Positions 18,628-26,811 of a DNA stretch of 59,167 nucleotides are shown piece after piece. The stretch is taken from positions 1-59,167 of the forward strand of contig LRSL01000024.1 in the NCBI GenBank assembly GCA_001563335.1, written 5' to 3'. Made by a program: the position numbers and the translations under genes. The stretch comes from Candidatus Thorarchaeota archaeon SMTZ1-45 (GTDB lineage Archaea > Asgardarchaeota > Thorarchaeia > Thorarchaeales > Thorarchaeaceae). Positions within the stretch are counted from its first letter, which is position 1. Every line of letters starts with the position of its first letter. Below the pieces are notes generated by a model. The model did no database searches and was not told where the DNA came from. It saw nothing but the letters and a program-made list of their open reading frames with translations.

Positions 18628-21600
18628 GATTCGAAGAAATCTGTCAGTGTTGTTTGTTCTGAAACAAAGAGAGAATCCAGAGAAACCTTAATGAGTTTCA
18701 GCCGTTCTTGCAGATATTGATCTAAGCCGTGCTCTTCAATGATTTTTCGAGTAACTTCTAGGTACTTGGAGATGTTCTTCTGCCTTACTGTTAATGAGAG
18801 ACCGCTCCCACATGTACAACTACCTGATAATGGGATTCGTCTGTAAATTCTTCGACATTTCTGACACTGAATCTTCTGTGTAGAATATGCTCTCAGATTC
18901 CCTCGAATATCACGGAAGAAATGATGTGAGAGAACACGTTCTGCAACATCTTTTGCATCAACTGCGGAGATGAGAGTTGCTAGTTTCAATTGGGCACTCA
19001 ATTTCTCGTCCATGCTACCCAATATCTTATACCTCGTGTTTTTGGGTCCAGAGTCGAATGATGATGTACCATGCGTATATCCAAAGCCCTCGTACTGCAT
19101 GGCTGAATTAAGACGTGATGCAATTATGTCAACCAGTTTCTCAACATCCTTAGGAGGTCTTGCATTTGCAACCATATTGTAAAACTCAGCAGGATATCGC
19201 CTACAGACCTCCATGTTGTGACTCTCATCATCAACCTCAGTTGGCTTAAGAATGACAGATAAGACCAGAGGAGCGTCCATGAGCCCACCTCTTCCCGCTG
19301 GGAGATAGTTCTTGGAGAAGTTGAGAAGAGCATCAAGAACCAATATGAGTGCATCCTCATCCCCATCACAGTTTCTTCTCTTTGCTGCGTGCCAATAGGG
19401 ATGAGCATAACAAACACTTGCATTAGTGAACCCAATAATGCGACCAATTATCCCAGCTGATGTATGAGGTGCAAGACCAATTACAAGCTGGCCAATCACA
19501 TCCTCTTGAGCATCGAACCTATAGAATCGGTCTAAATTGTATATTTTTTCTAGGCAATCATCAATGAAGCTACCTACTCGTACCAAGTACATTGCACAGT
19601 TCTCTGGCACTACAATGTCCTGAACCTTGAGTTCAACTACTTGGTCATCAGAAATCAGAGGCGCTCCATCTTGATCTGTGATGTAGCCTAACTGATGTAG
19701 ACGGTCGATTGGAGTGCCAATCTCCCTTGGTGTGAAATGTGTCAGAGGAGCATCAGTCGCATCAAATCGAGCAGTCCCATCACGATAGCAGTAAACATCG
19801 TGTTTAGCACGAAGAATACCCTTTCCAAGGTATTCAGGTATCTTATAGTTACTAGTGAGTCCTAGAACACCACGGACCCCATGTGCCTCAAACTCTTTGA
19901 CCTCAGTCTTGACGCGATTAATTAGACCCGTTATATCTACTACTACTTTTTTCGTCACGCGTATTAAGTTCACATCATGACTAAATTGGCACATTCCAGT
20001 GTTAGGATCAACTGGTCGTCCGCAATCGTCATGAGAACACCATGGTTGAATATTCGTATGTACTCCGCATTTTGTGCATCTTGACTCAAAGGTTTCAGAG
20101 GAGCAACTTGGACATATCCTGGAAACCATTTCAAGCTCAACACCAATGGATTCAGGGATTCCAGATCCAATCTTTTCTTCTTCGAACAAGTCAAGTGTCG
20201 AAATGTGCTCCACACTTTTTGCCACTTCTTCAATTCGACGTTCAGTTCCTTTTGTACGACCAACAGGAAATAGTACTTGAACAGGTGGTTTCATCCTTCT
20301 TTCTTCAGCCTTTTCAGGTCGACCCATCCTTGCTCCAATGGAGAAACCAACTTTATCCATCAGTTTTACTGAAGCCACAGAGTTCATCAAATCAAGGGAT
20401 GATTTTCCTTTTGGAGTCGAACTCCTCTTTCCAAGCTGTGCGAGAATAGAAACTGAGTCATCGCTGAGATGGATTTTCTTATTGTTAGAAGTAATTGTAT
20501 GAGGTATTGCAGCCTTTTCCAGCAGGCTCTTGTATTTTGATTTGAAAGGAAGAGTCATTATGGTCTCTTTGATGGTGTGTTTTACTAGAAGCCACTCTCT
20601 CAACTCAAGGGTTTCTTCAGGAGTAAGTGCCATCCAGCGATATAGATAGAATGGGTGAAGCGGAATTTTCAGTTTTTTCGATAGGATAACCGCTTGGGAG
20701 GCGCTTGGAATCTGCAATAGTGGTGAGTCTACGAACTGATTAACATCTTCGGGGGTCAATCCTGATTTAGAGAGATACTTTTCTAATTCAGGCAGTTCGA
20801 TTTTAGAAACTGCATGGTCAAGGTCATGTGACCACCATTCCTCACAATATCCAGCTGGTACTAATGGATGATTGTTCTCAAGGAACTCACCTAGTGCAAC
20901 AAGAATATCACCGAGGTATAGAATCTTCTCAATCTTTCCCTCTAGCATTTTGGCTTCGTTGGTGTTACGCACTCGTACCACAGACCCATCTTTGAGACGG
21001 ACAATAGGTCCTTCGATAGAATCAACTGGAGTAACTATGGAGCCCTTTCCAGGTCGCTCAGTTCGAATGTGAGTACCAGGAGCAAGAAACTCTTCCACTA
21101 TGTACATGGTTGCTGGATGTACCCCAACGCCAGCAAGTCCAGTATTTCGAGACCTGCCATATCTAAGTCTAAACCCACCAATATGTGAAGGGTGAGAGAA
21201 CACAGGACGTCCACCTATGACATCAGCTAAGTAGTCAGATTTTGGCTCAAGTTTTTTATCTAGTGTATCTTCCTCCTTACTAGATGCCACCTTCGACATT
21301 CTATTGGAGAGTTCATCGAGCCATTCCCAGCCGCTGATTTGGATTCCGCTAACAATCTTTGCTAGCTTCACCGCTCTCCCAACAACGCCATCACTGAGGA
21401 CAAGAACAGCTCCTCCACGGACCCTGTTTGTTTCAATTCGTTCTAGATCACGACTTCCTGAAACTTCAAACTCCTCAGTGGGCTCACCGGTCAACATTAT
21501 TGGCAACCGTGACGCAGCAAATCGTATCAGATCAGGATAAACCGGGTATTGAAGGTGAACTAATCGAGCATAGAGTTCAACTTCTTCCAAAGCACGCTCG

Positions 21601-22160
21601 GTTTCTTCTACTGTAGCTTTGAATGCAGGCAGGTTTAGCACTTGACGAACGTAATCTGCGACTAGTACAGTCATAGCAGCCTCAGTTCCCCCTGCAGCTC
21701 GGATAGGTCCAGCAAGGTACAATGCTAGATATCTATCATCTCCGGAACCCCTGATACGAACTTTAGCTATTCCTTCAAGGGGGGCTGCTGTGATGCTTTC
21801 TGTGAGAATTGATAGTGCGACCCGGACAGCCTTATCCGCGGCTTTCTCTGCATCTTCAATTTGACCAAGCTTTCCCTCTGCAATTTCTTTCGCTATGGCA
21901 AAGGCAACTTCTTCACGAGATTTTCCTTCTTGTAACTCGCGGATACGTTTGGCTACCCCTATTGGACCCTCCAGAGTGGCTTCAACTCGTGCAGCTACAT
22001 CATGAGCTGGAGGTATCTCGACTCTAGTTGTTGGGTCAAATCCTTGTAGTCGAGCTGTTTCTGCAATGGCATAGAGTGTGTGTACTTCCTCATTTATCAT
22101 GCTGAAATACTGTTTGTAGAAGATACTGTGCTCGGGAATACTCGGGTCAGGTTCGGTCAC
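18624..22160 (-). CDS. polC: DNA polymerase D large subunit DP2
   Basis: GPIRAAGGT, GFRLRYGRSRN, HAAKRRNCDGDED, C-terminal PIP box QTTLTDFF; no intein. Confidence 0.97.
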   Translation of the reverse strand: MTEPDPSIPEHSIFYKQYFSMINEEVHTLYAIAETARLQGFDPTTRVEIPPAHDVAARVEATLEGPIGVAKRIRELQEGKSREEVAFAIAKEIAEGKLGQIEDAEKAADKAVRVALSILTESITAAPLEGIAKVRIRGSGDDRYLALYLAGPIRAAGGTEAAMTVLVADYVRQVLNLPAFKATVEETERALEEVELYARLVHLQYPVYPDLIRFAASRLPIMLTGEPTEEFEVSGSRDLERIETNRVRGGAVLVLSDGVVGRAVKLAKIVSGIQISGWEWLDELSNRMSKVASSKEEDTLDKKLEPKSDYLADVIGGRPVFSHPSHIGGFRLRYGRSRNTGLAGVGVHPATMYIVEEFLAPGTHIRTERPGKGSIVTPVDSIEGPIVRLKDGSVVRVRNTNEAKMLEGKIEKILYLGDILVALGEFLENNHPLVPAGYCEEWWSHDLDHAVSKIELPELEKYLSKSGLTPEDVNQFVDSPLLQIPSASQAVILSKKLKIPLHPFYLYRWMALTPEETLELREWLLVKHTIKETIMTLPFKSKYKSLLEKAAIPHTITSNNKKIHLSDDSVSILAQLGKRSSTPKGKSSLDLMNSVASVKLMDKVGFSIGARMGRPEKAEERRMKPPVQVLFPVGRTKGTERRIEEVAKSVEHISTLDLFEEEKIGSGIPESIGVELEMVSRICPSCSSETFESRCTKCGVHTNIQPWCSHDDCGRPVDPNTGMCQFSHDVNLIRVTKKVVVDITGLINRVKTEVKEFEAHGVRGVLGLTSNYKIPEYLGKGILRAKHDVYCYRDGTARFDATDAPLTHFTPREIGTPIDRLHQLGYITDQDGAPLISDDQVVELKVQDIVVPENCAMYLVRVGSFIDDCLEKIYNLDRFYRFDAQEDVIGQLVIGLAPHTSAGIIGRIIGFTNASVCYAHPYWHAAKRRNCDGDEDALILVLDALLNFSKNYLPAGRGGLMDAPLVLSVILKPTEVDDESHNMEVCRRYPAEFYNMVANARPPKDVEKLVDIIASRLNSAMQYEGFGYTHGTSSFDSGPKNTRYKILGSMDEKLSAQLKLATLISAVDAKDVAERVLSHHFFRDIRGNLRAYSTQKIQCQKCRRIYRRIPLSGSCTCGSGLSLTVRQKNISKYLEVTRKIIEEHGLDQYLQERLKLIKVSLDSLFVSEQTTLTDFFES

Positions 22161-22322
22161 AACAAATCATCATCTCTCTGTCATGATAGCGTATTTTGTG
22201 TTTCGCTTGATGAAGCCAAGAAATGCTCCAAGCTCGTGCTTGTTGAGGAGATTACTTTAAAGCGATTAGACATGACCATAAAACAGCCTATACCACCACA
22301 TAGGATACAGAAGGTGACCCAT

Positions 22323-24110
22323 TTGCTTACTCTTGAAGAAACGATTGAACTGATTTTAAAGCATAGATCCGACTATGAACGTAAAGACATACTGAGGATG
22401 ATTGAAGAGAAACGGGAGGAACTTGGACGTGAGGTGATCAATGACGAGTCAGCTGCAATGATAGTAGCTAGAGAACTCGGAGTTGATCTTCATCAAATTT
22501 CACCCAAAGCGCGCCAGAGGATTGAGGATATTACTGAAGCAACAAGAAACATAGCTCTCACTGCTAAGGTAATCAACATAGGCACAATCCGAACATTTTC
22601 CCGAAAAGACGGGGGAGGAGAGGGAAAAGTCGCTAGCATAATGGTTTCAGATGAAACGAGTACTATCAGAGTTGTTCTCTGGGATGACCTTACAAACATT
22701 GTGTCTGAGAATGGTATCTCTATTGACGATATTATTCAAATACGCGGGGCATATGTGAAAAAAGGACTTGGAGATACATTAGAACTGAATATGGGCAGGA
22801 TGGGACAGATCAGAGTCTTAGAAGATTATGAGATTGAAGAGCTTGGCATTGATTTTGGTGATTCATCAACCGCTGATCAAAAAATCGCTGACCTGAAAGA
22901 GGGTCTTTTCAACATCAGTCTAAAGGTGAAGATTCAACGCGTATTTCAGCTATCTACCTTCACAAGACAAAGGGATGGTTCTGAGGGACGAGTGCTAAGC
23001 ATTATTGGGGCAGATGAAACAGGATCTGCCCGAATTGTCTTTTGGGACGAAAAAGCCTCAGAAATGGAGAAAGCAGAAGAGGGTGAAGTCATTCAACTTC
23101 GTGGAGTAAATACGAGACTGAATCGAGATGGTAGTGAAATCGAAGTGCATGTTGGACGTGCAGCTTCAATAGAGAGAGCCCTAAAAGAGAGAATTGATGC
23201 TGTGAAGGTGACACTGTCTGAAGGTGGTTCAGAACCACTTGGATTGAAGAATATAGTAGATCTTACAACGGGTATGTGGGATGTCGATATTGAGGGGAAA
23301 GTTGTCACTGTCTATGATGTGACCAACTTCACGACTAAGGATGGACGAGATGGACAGGTTAGAAACGTTATTCTTGCAGATGAGTCGGGAAAAACTCGCG
23401 TTACTTTTTGGAATGATGATGTCGATAAGATAGAGGATATCAAAGAGGGCGATGTCATCAAGATTCTTCATGGATATGTAAAAGAGGGGTTCAGAGGCGG
23501 TGTTGAATTCCAAGTTGGGCGCAAGGCAGAGATTCAAATCAACCCTAAGGGGTCCAAGCTCCAGAAACTTGATGTTTCACAGGTGTCGCTCCAACCTATG
23601 GCGAAGGCCTCAAGAGTGCTAATTGGGGATATTAATGATAATACAGAAGGTAAAAGTGTGGAGATTTGTGGTATAGTTGTAAATTTGAGTCAAACAGTCA
23701 CTCCAATCTATCAAGCTTGCCCAAGTTGTAGCAAGAAATTAGATGAAACAGATGGTGAATATGTTTGCAAATCCTGTGGAAAAGTCGATAGACCTGAACC
23801 TAGAATGTTATACAAAATAACTGTCGATGATGGATCAGGTTCAATCAGAGTCACGCTCTTTGGCAAAGTTGGAGAAGAGTTGCTTCAAATGACTGCAGAA
23901 GAGGCTAATGAGATGATAAAGAAGACTGGAAGAGGGGTTCAGCCTCTTGTTGAAAACTCGGACAAGGTTGTTGGAAAATATATTGCAGTCTATGGCCGTG
24001 TGAAGAAATTCCGAGATTCGTTTGATCTTTCAGCAAGTGGATTTGAGTTTGCTGATCCTGTAAGAGAAATTAAACGGATGAAAGAAGAAATTCAAAAAGA
24101 AGTAGGTTGA
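22323..24110 (+). CDS. rpa: Replication protein A large subunit (multiple OB folds, Zn finger)
   Basis: Repeated DETG/DESG-x-R-x-x-W OB motifs, CPSC...CKSC; TTG start after GGTGA RBS. Confidence 0.9.
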   Translation: MLTLEETIELILKHRSDYERKDILRMIEEKREELGREVINDESAAMIVARELGVDLHQISPKARQRIEDITEATRNIALTAKVINIGTIRTFSRKDGGGEGKVASIMVSDETSTIRVVLWDDLTNIVSENGISIDDIIQIRGAYVKKGLGDTLELNMGRMGQIRVLEDYEIEELGIDFGDSSTADQKIADLKEGLFNISLKVKIQRVFQLSTFTRQRDGSEGRVLSIIGADETGSARIVFWDEKASEMEKAEEGEVIQLRGVNTRLNRDGSEIEVHVGRAASIERALKERIDAVKVTLSEGGSEPLGLKNIVDLTTGMWDVDIEGKVVTVYDVTNFTTKDGRDGQVRNVILADESGKTRVTFWNDDVDKIEDIKEGDVIKILHGYVKEGFRGGVEFQVGRKAEIQINPKGSKLQKLDVSQVSLQPMAKASRVLIGDINDNTEGKSVEICGIVVNLSQTVTPIYQACPSCSKKLDETDGEYVCKSCGKVDRPEPRMLYKITVDDGSGSIRVTLFGKVGEELLQMTAEEANEMIKKTGRGVQPLVENSDKVVGKYIAVYGRVKKFRDSFDLSASGFEFADPVREIKRMKEEIQKEVG

Positions 24111-24182
24111 AACGACCACTGCATTATTGATTCCACATTCTTTTATTAAAAGAGCATATTATTCATTATTATAAAACATGAA

Positions 24183-24473
24183 GTGTTTGTGAAACACGCA
24201 ATGAGTCCTGTTCGAATAGTTGTTGCAGAACGCAACTATCTAAGAGGTGTTCTTAGAGCATTCCTAGAAGGAAAAAAGAATCAAAACTATGTTTTAGGGT
24301 GTTTCAGAAACGTTCCTATATCAATTTTCGATGAGATTGCACAAGAGCTTTCAAACTATTCTCATACACTTCGATTTGGCGAACTCTATAAGATAAGAAA
24401 AAAGCTCTTGAATCAGCTCAAGAACAGAGAGGAAAAAACTCGTTGGAGTCCTTGGGCTCTCAGTAAGTATTAA
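24183..24473 (+). CDS. Hypothetical protein
   Basis: 96-aa ORF filling the gap, AT-rich promoter-like region upstream. Confidence 0.6.
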   Translation: MFVKHAMSPVRIVVAERNYLRGVLRAFLEGKKNQNYVLGCFRNVPISIFDEIAQELSNYSHTLRFGELYKIRKKLLNQLKNREEKTRWSPWALSKY

Positions 24474-24487
24474 CCACTATTTGAGAG

Positions 24488-25729
24488 CTACTTACTTGCT
24501 TCGATGAGTGTTTCCATTCCTGAGAGAAAAGTATCGACATCAAAGCGGTTATTGTAAAGGTAGAAACTAGCTCTTGCAGTCCCCCTCTTTGGATCGATAC
24601 CCATTTGGTAGTGAAATGGTCCAACGCAGTGCCAACCACTACGGACCATGACATTGTATTCATCATTTAGAAAAGTAGCCACATCATGTGCAGACGAAAT
24701 TGTGTCAACCGTGAATGTAACAAGTCCGGTCTTGATATTGATATCATCGGTTCCAAGGATGTGGACATGTTCCATATCGCGAAATCGTTCTAAGACCATT
24801 TCAAGTAGGGAACGTTCATACTTCTCAATCTCATGCATTCCTATTGTCAGAAGATATTCCGCTGCTGCACCTGCTCCTATTGCACCAGCATAGTTCTGCA
24901 ATCCGGCTTCGAATTTCTCAGGAGGAGGTAGATATTCAGGGAGTATCTTTCCATTCTCAAAACGGACATCACTCACAGTATCTCCGCCATAGAAAAACAT
25001 GTTCATGGACTTGAGATGCTCTAACTTACCGTATAGAACACCCATCCCTGTTGGTCCGCACATCTTATGGACTGAGATTGCTGAAAAATCAACATTGAGG
25101 TCTTGAACATCAAGTGGATGGTGTGGTGCATATTGAGCATCATCACTCATAACCAAAGCTCCGTGATCATGTGCAATTTCTGCGATTTCTTTCATGGGAG
25201 TAATTGTGCCAGTGACGTTGGAGGAATGGACAATTGAAACAAGACTAGTATCGTGGTCTATTGTCCTCTTCCAATCTTCAATGTCAAAGGTGCCATCGGA
25301 CCGTGCCTTCACAATCTCGATACCTAGTCCATCTCTTCTTGCCCTTTCTATGAAGGGAAGTGAGCCGCTGTGATGTTCAAGGGATGTTGTAACAATCTTA
25401 GAGTCCTTTGGTAGTTTTACTGAAGTTGCAACAATATTCAGTGACTCTGTCGCATTTCTAGTCCAGATGCATTCGCTTTCATCAGCAGCATTCAAGAATT
25501 TTGCAAACTTCTCTCTGGCTTCAATATATGCATTAGAGGCCTCTTCTCCAAACTTATGGATGCTTCGTCCTCCACAAGCTGGATATTGTTCATAATACTC
25601 ATTCATGGCATTTATGACCTGTCGTGGTTTGAGAGCCATGCAGGCACTATCTAGATACACTACTGGTTTATTGTTGATAGTGCGTCGAAGAGCAGGAAAG
25701 TCATTTCTGATTTTGGCCCAGTTCACCAT
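24488..25729 (-). CDS. sufS: Cysteine desulfurase (SufS/Csd type, class V PLP)
   Basis: YLDSA, EHHS, SVHKMCGPTG, VRSGWHC, RASFYLYN. Confidence 0.9.
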   Translation of the reverse strand: MVNWAKIRNDFPALRRTINNKPVVYLDSACMALKPRQVINAMNEYYEQYPACGGRSIHKFGEEASNAYIEAREKFAKFLNAADESECIWTRNATESLNIVATSVKLPKDSKIVTTSLEHHSGSLPFIERARRDGLGIEIVKARSDGTFDIEDWKRTIDHDTSLVSIVHSSNVTGTITPMKEIAEIAHDHGALVMSDDAQYAPHHPLDVQDLNVDFSAISVHKMCGPTGMGVLYGKLEHLKSMNMFFYGGDTVSDVRFENGKILPEYLPPPEKFEAGLQNYAGAIGAGAAAEYLLTIGMHEIEKYERSLLEMVLERFRDMEHVHILGTDDINIKTGLVTFTVDTISSAHDVATFLNDEYNVMVRSGWHCVGPFHYQMGIDPKRGTARASFYLYNNRFDVDTFLSGMETLIEASK

Positions 25730-25734
25730 GCTGA

Positions 25735-25968
25735 TCAATCCTTCACCAGTTGCCACCGATAACCTCCCTTGCCAAATTTCTTTGTGATTAGACCCATTTC
25801 TACTAGCTGATCAGCAGCAGCTACAAAAGTATCTCCGCCTGCACAATCAATACAAATCTTGGCAAATTTGTCAGTCATTGCAATCTCAAGTATCTCTTTT
25901 GTTGTTAGCGAATCAGTAGATTCAAGGATTTTGAGTACACACTGAGCGTTTTTAGGGAGGTCTGACAT
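25735..25968 (-). CDS. Small winged-helix protein with CxxC
   Basis: LTTKEIL...ICIDCAGG...LVEMGLITKKFGKGGYRWQL. Confidence 0.7.
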   Translation of the reverse strand: MSDLPKNAQCVLKILESTDSLTTKEILEIAMTDKFAKICIDCAGGDTFVAAADQLVEMGLITKKFGKGGYRWQLVKD

Positions 25969-26125
25969 TGTTAGCCAGCGGAACAACAAGCAATAAGAAA
26001 CCTTCGTAATAGACCTGAAGGCATTCAACAAAACGCTTAAATGAACACCTGAGCCGATGAGCCCGCTCTATTTCTTTCGGGGCTACTGCTCTGAGATGTG
26101 TGAAATAGGTAAAGGGTGAATCTTC

Positions 26126-26377
26126 ATGGGAAGAAGACGAAGGCAAAAAGTACGTCGGCGACCACAAAAACGCATTCCAGATGTGTATCCATGTCCAGAT
26201 TGTGGAAATACAGCAATCAAGATTGAGCTTTATCGTGATAATGGTTTAGCCACAGTGAAGTGTGGGTCTTGTGGTCTTGAGATGACCGTTGATGAAGTCA
26301 ACCCTCTGACGGAGCCAGTAGATATCTATGGATCATTTATTGATAGATTCTATGAGAGTCGAAAAGCTGAGGTCTGA
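26126..26377 (+). CDS. elf1: Transcription elongation factor Elf1
   Basis: MGRRRR, CPDC...CGSC, LTEPVDIY..FID. Confidence 0.92.
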   Translation: MGRRRRQKVRRRPQKRIPDVYPCPDCGNTAIKIELYRDNGLATVKCGSCGLEMTVDEVNPLTEPVDIYGSFIDRFYESRKAEV

Positions 26378-26443
26378 CAAAGTACAACATCTATCATTCA
26401 GCAATGGTTATAAGCGGACTCAGTCCGAAGGCACAAGATTCTG

Positions 26444-26560
26444 ATGCAGACCGTTGAAACCTTAATTTCTATCATATTTATTTTACTTGCTGCAATGGGA
26501 ATCCTTGCAATTATTCTTACTATGGGCTATATGGTCTACGGTGAGGAGGAAGAGGAATAG
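26444..26560 (+). CDS. 38-aa single-TM microprotein
   Basis: Manual translation MQTVETLISIIFILLAAMGILAIILTMGYMVYGEEEEE; TATA-like TTATAA upstream; 8 nt before next ORF. Confidence 0.6.
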   Translation: MQTVETLISIIFILLAAMGILAIILTMGYMVYGEEEEE

Positions 26561-26568
26561 ACCACGGG

Positions 26569-26811
26569 ATGTTGTTCCCGATGAAGAGTTCGATTTTACG
26601 CACTGCATTTGAAAAGGTGGCACCGCACATCTCCAATCTTGAGTCTATGAAGAGTCTTGTTGACGAGGTTGAAAAGTCGACTGATTCTCTTGAATCGATT
26701 CTAATGGAGTTGGAGTCAAGGTTAGAAGATGCAGAAGTTACCCTAAGGACTGATATACGCATCTTGATTAACGAATGTCGACATTTGGGTGACAGGATGA
26801 CTCCCAAATGA
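26569..26811 (+). CDS. Hypothetical small helical protein
   Basis: 80 aa, overlaps lhr start (ATGA). Confidence 0.65.
   Translation: MLFPMKSSILRTAFEKVAPHISNLESMKSLVDEVEKSTDSLESILMELESRLEDAEVTLRTDIRILINECRHLGDRMTPK

Noticed and set aside
18624-22160. Intein in PolD DP2 (also checked lhr, infB, rpoA)
   Set aside because: Lengths are normal and no Hint or endonuclease motifs are visible
22080-22322. Long N-terminal extension of RPA in the ORF track
   Set aside because: Overlaps the DP2 start and divergent promoter region; RBS supports TTG at 22323
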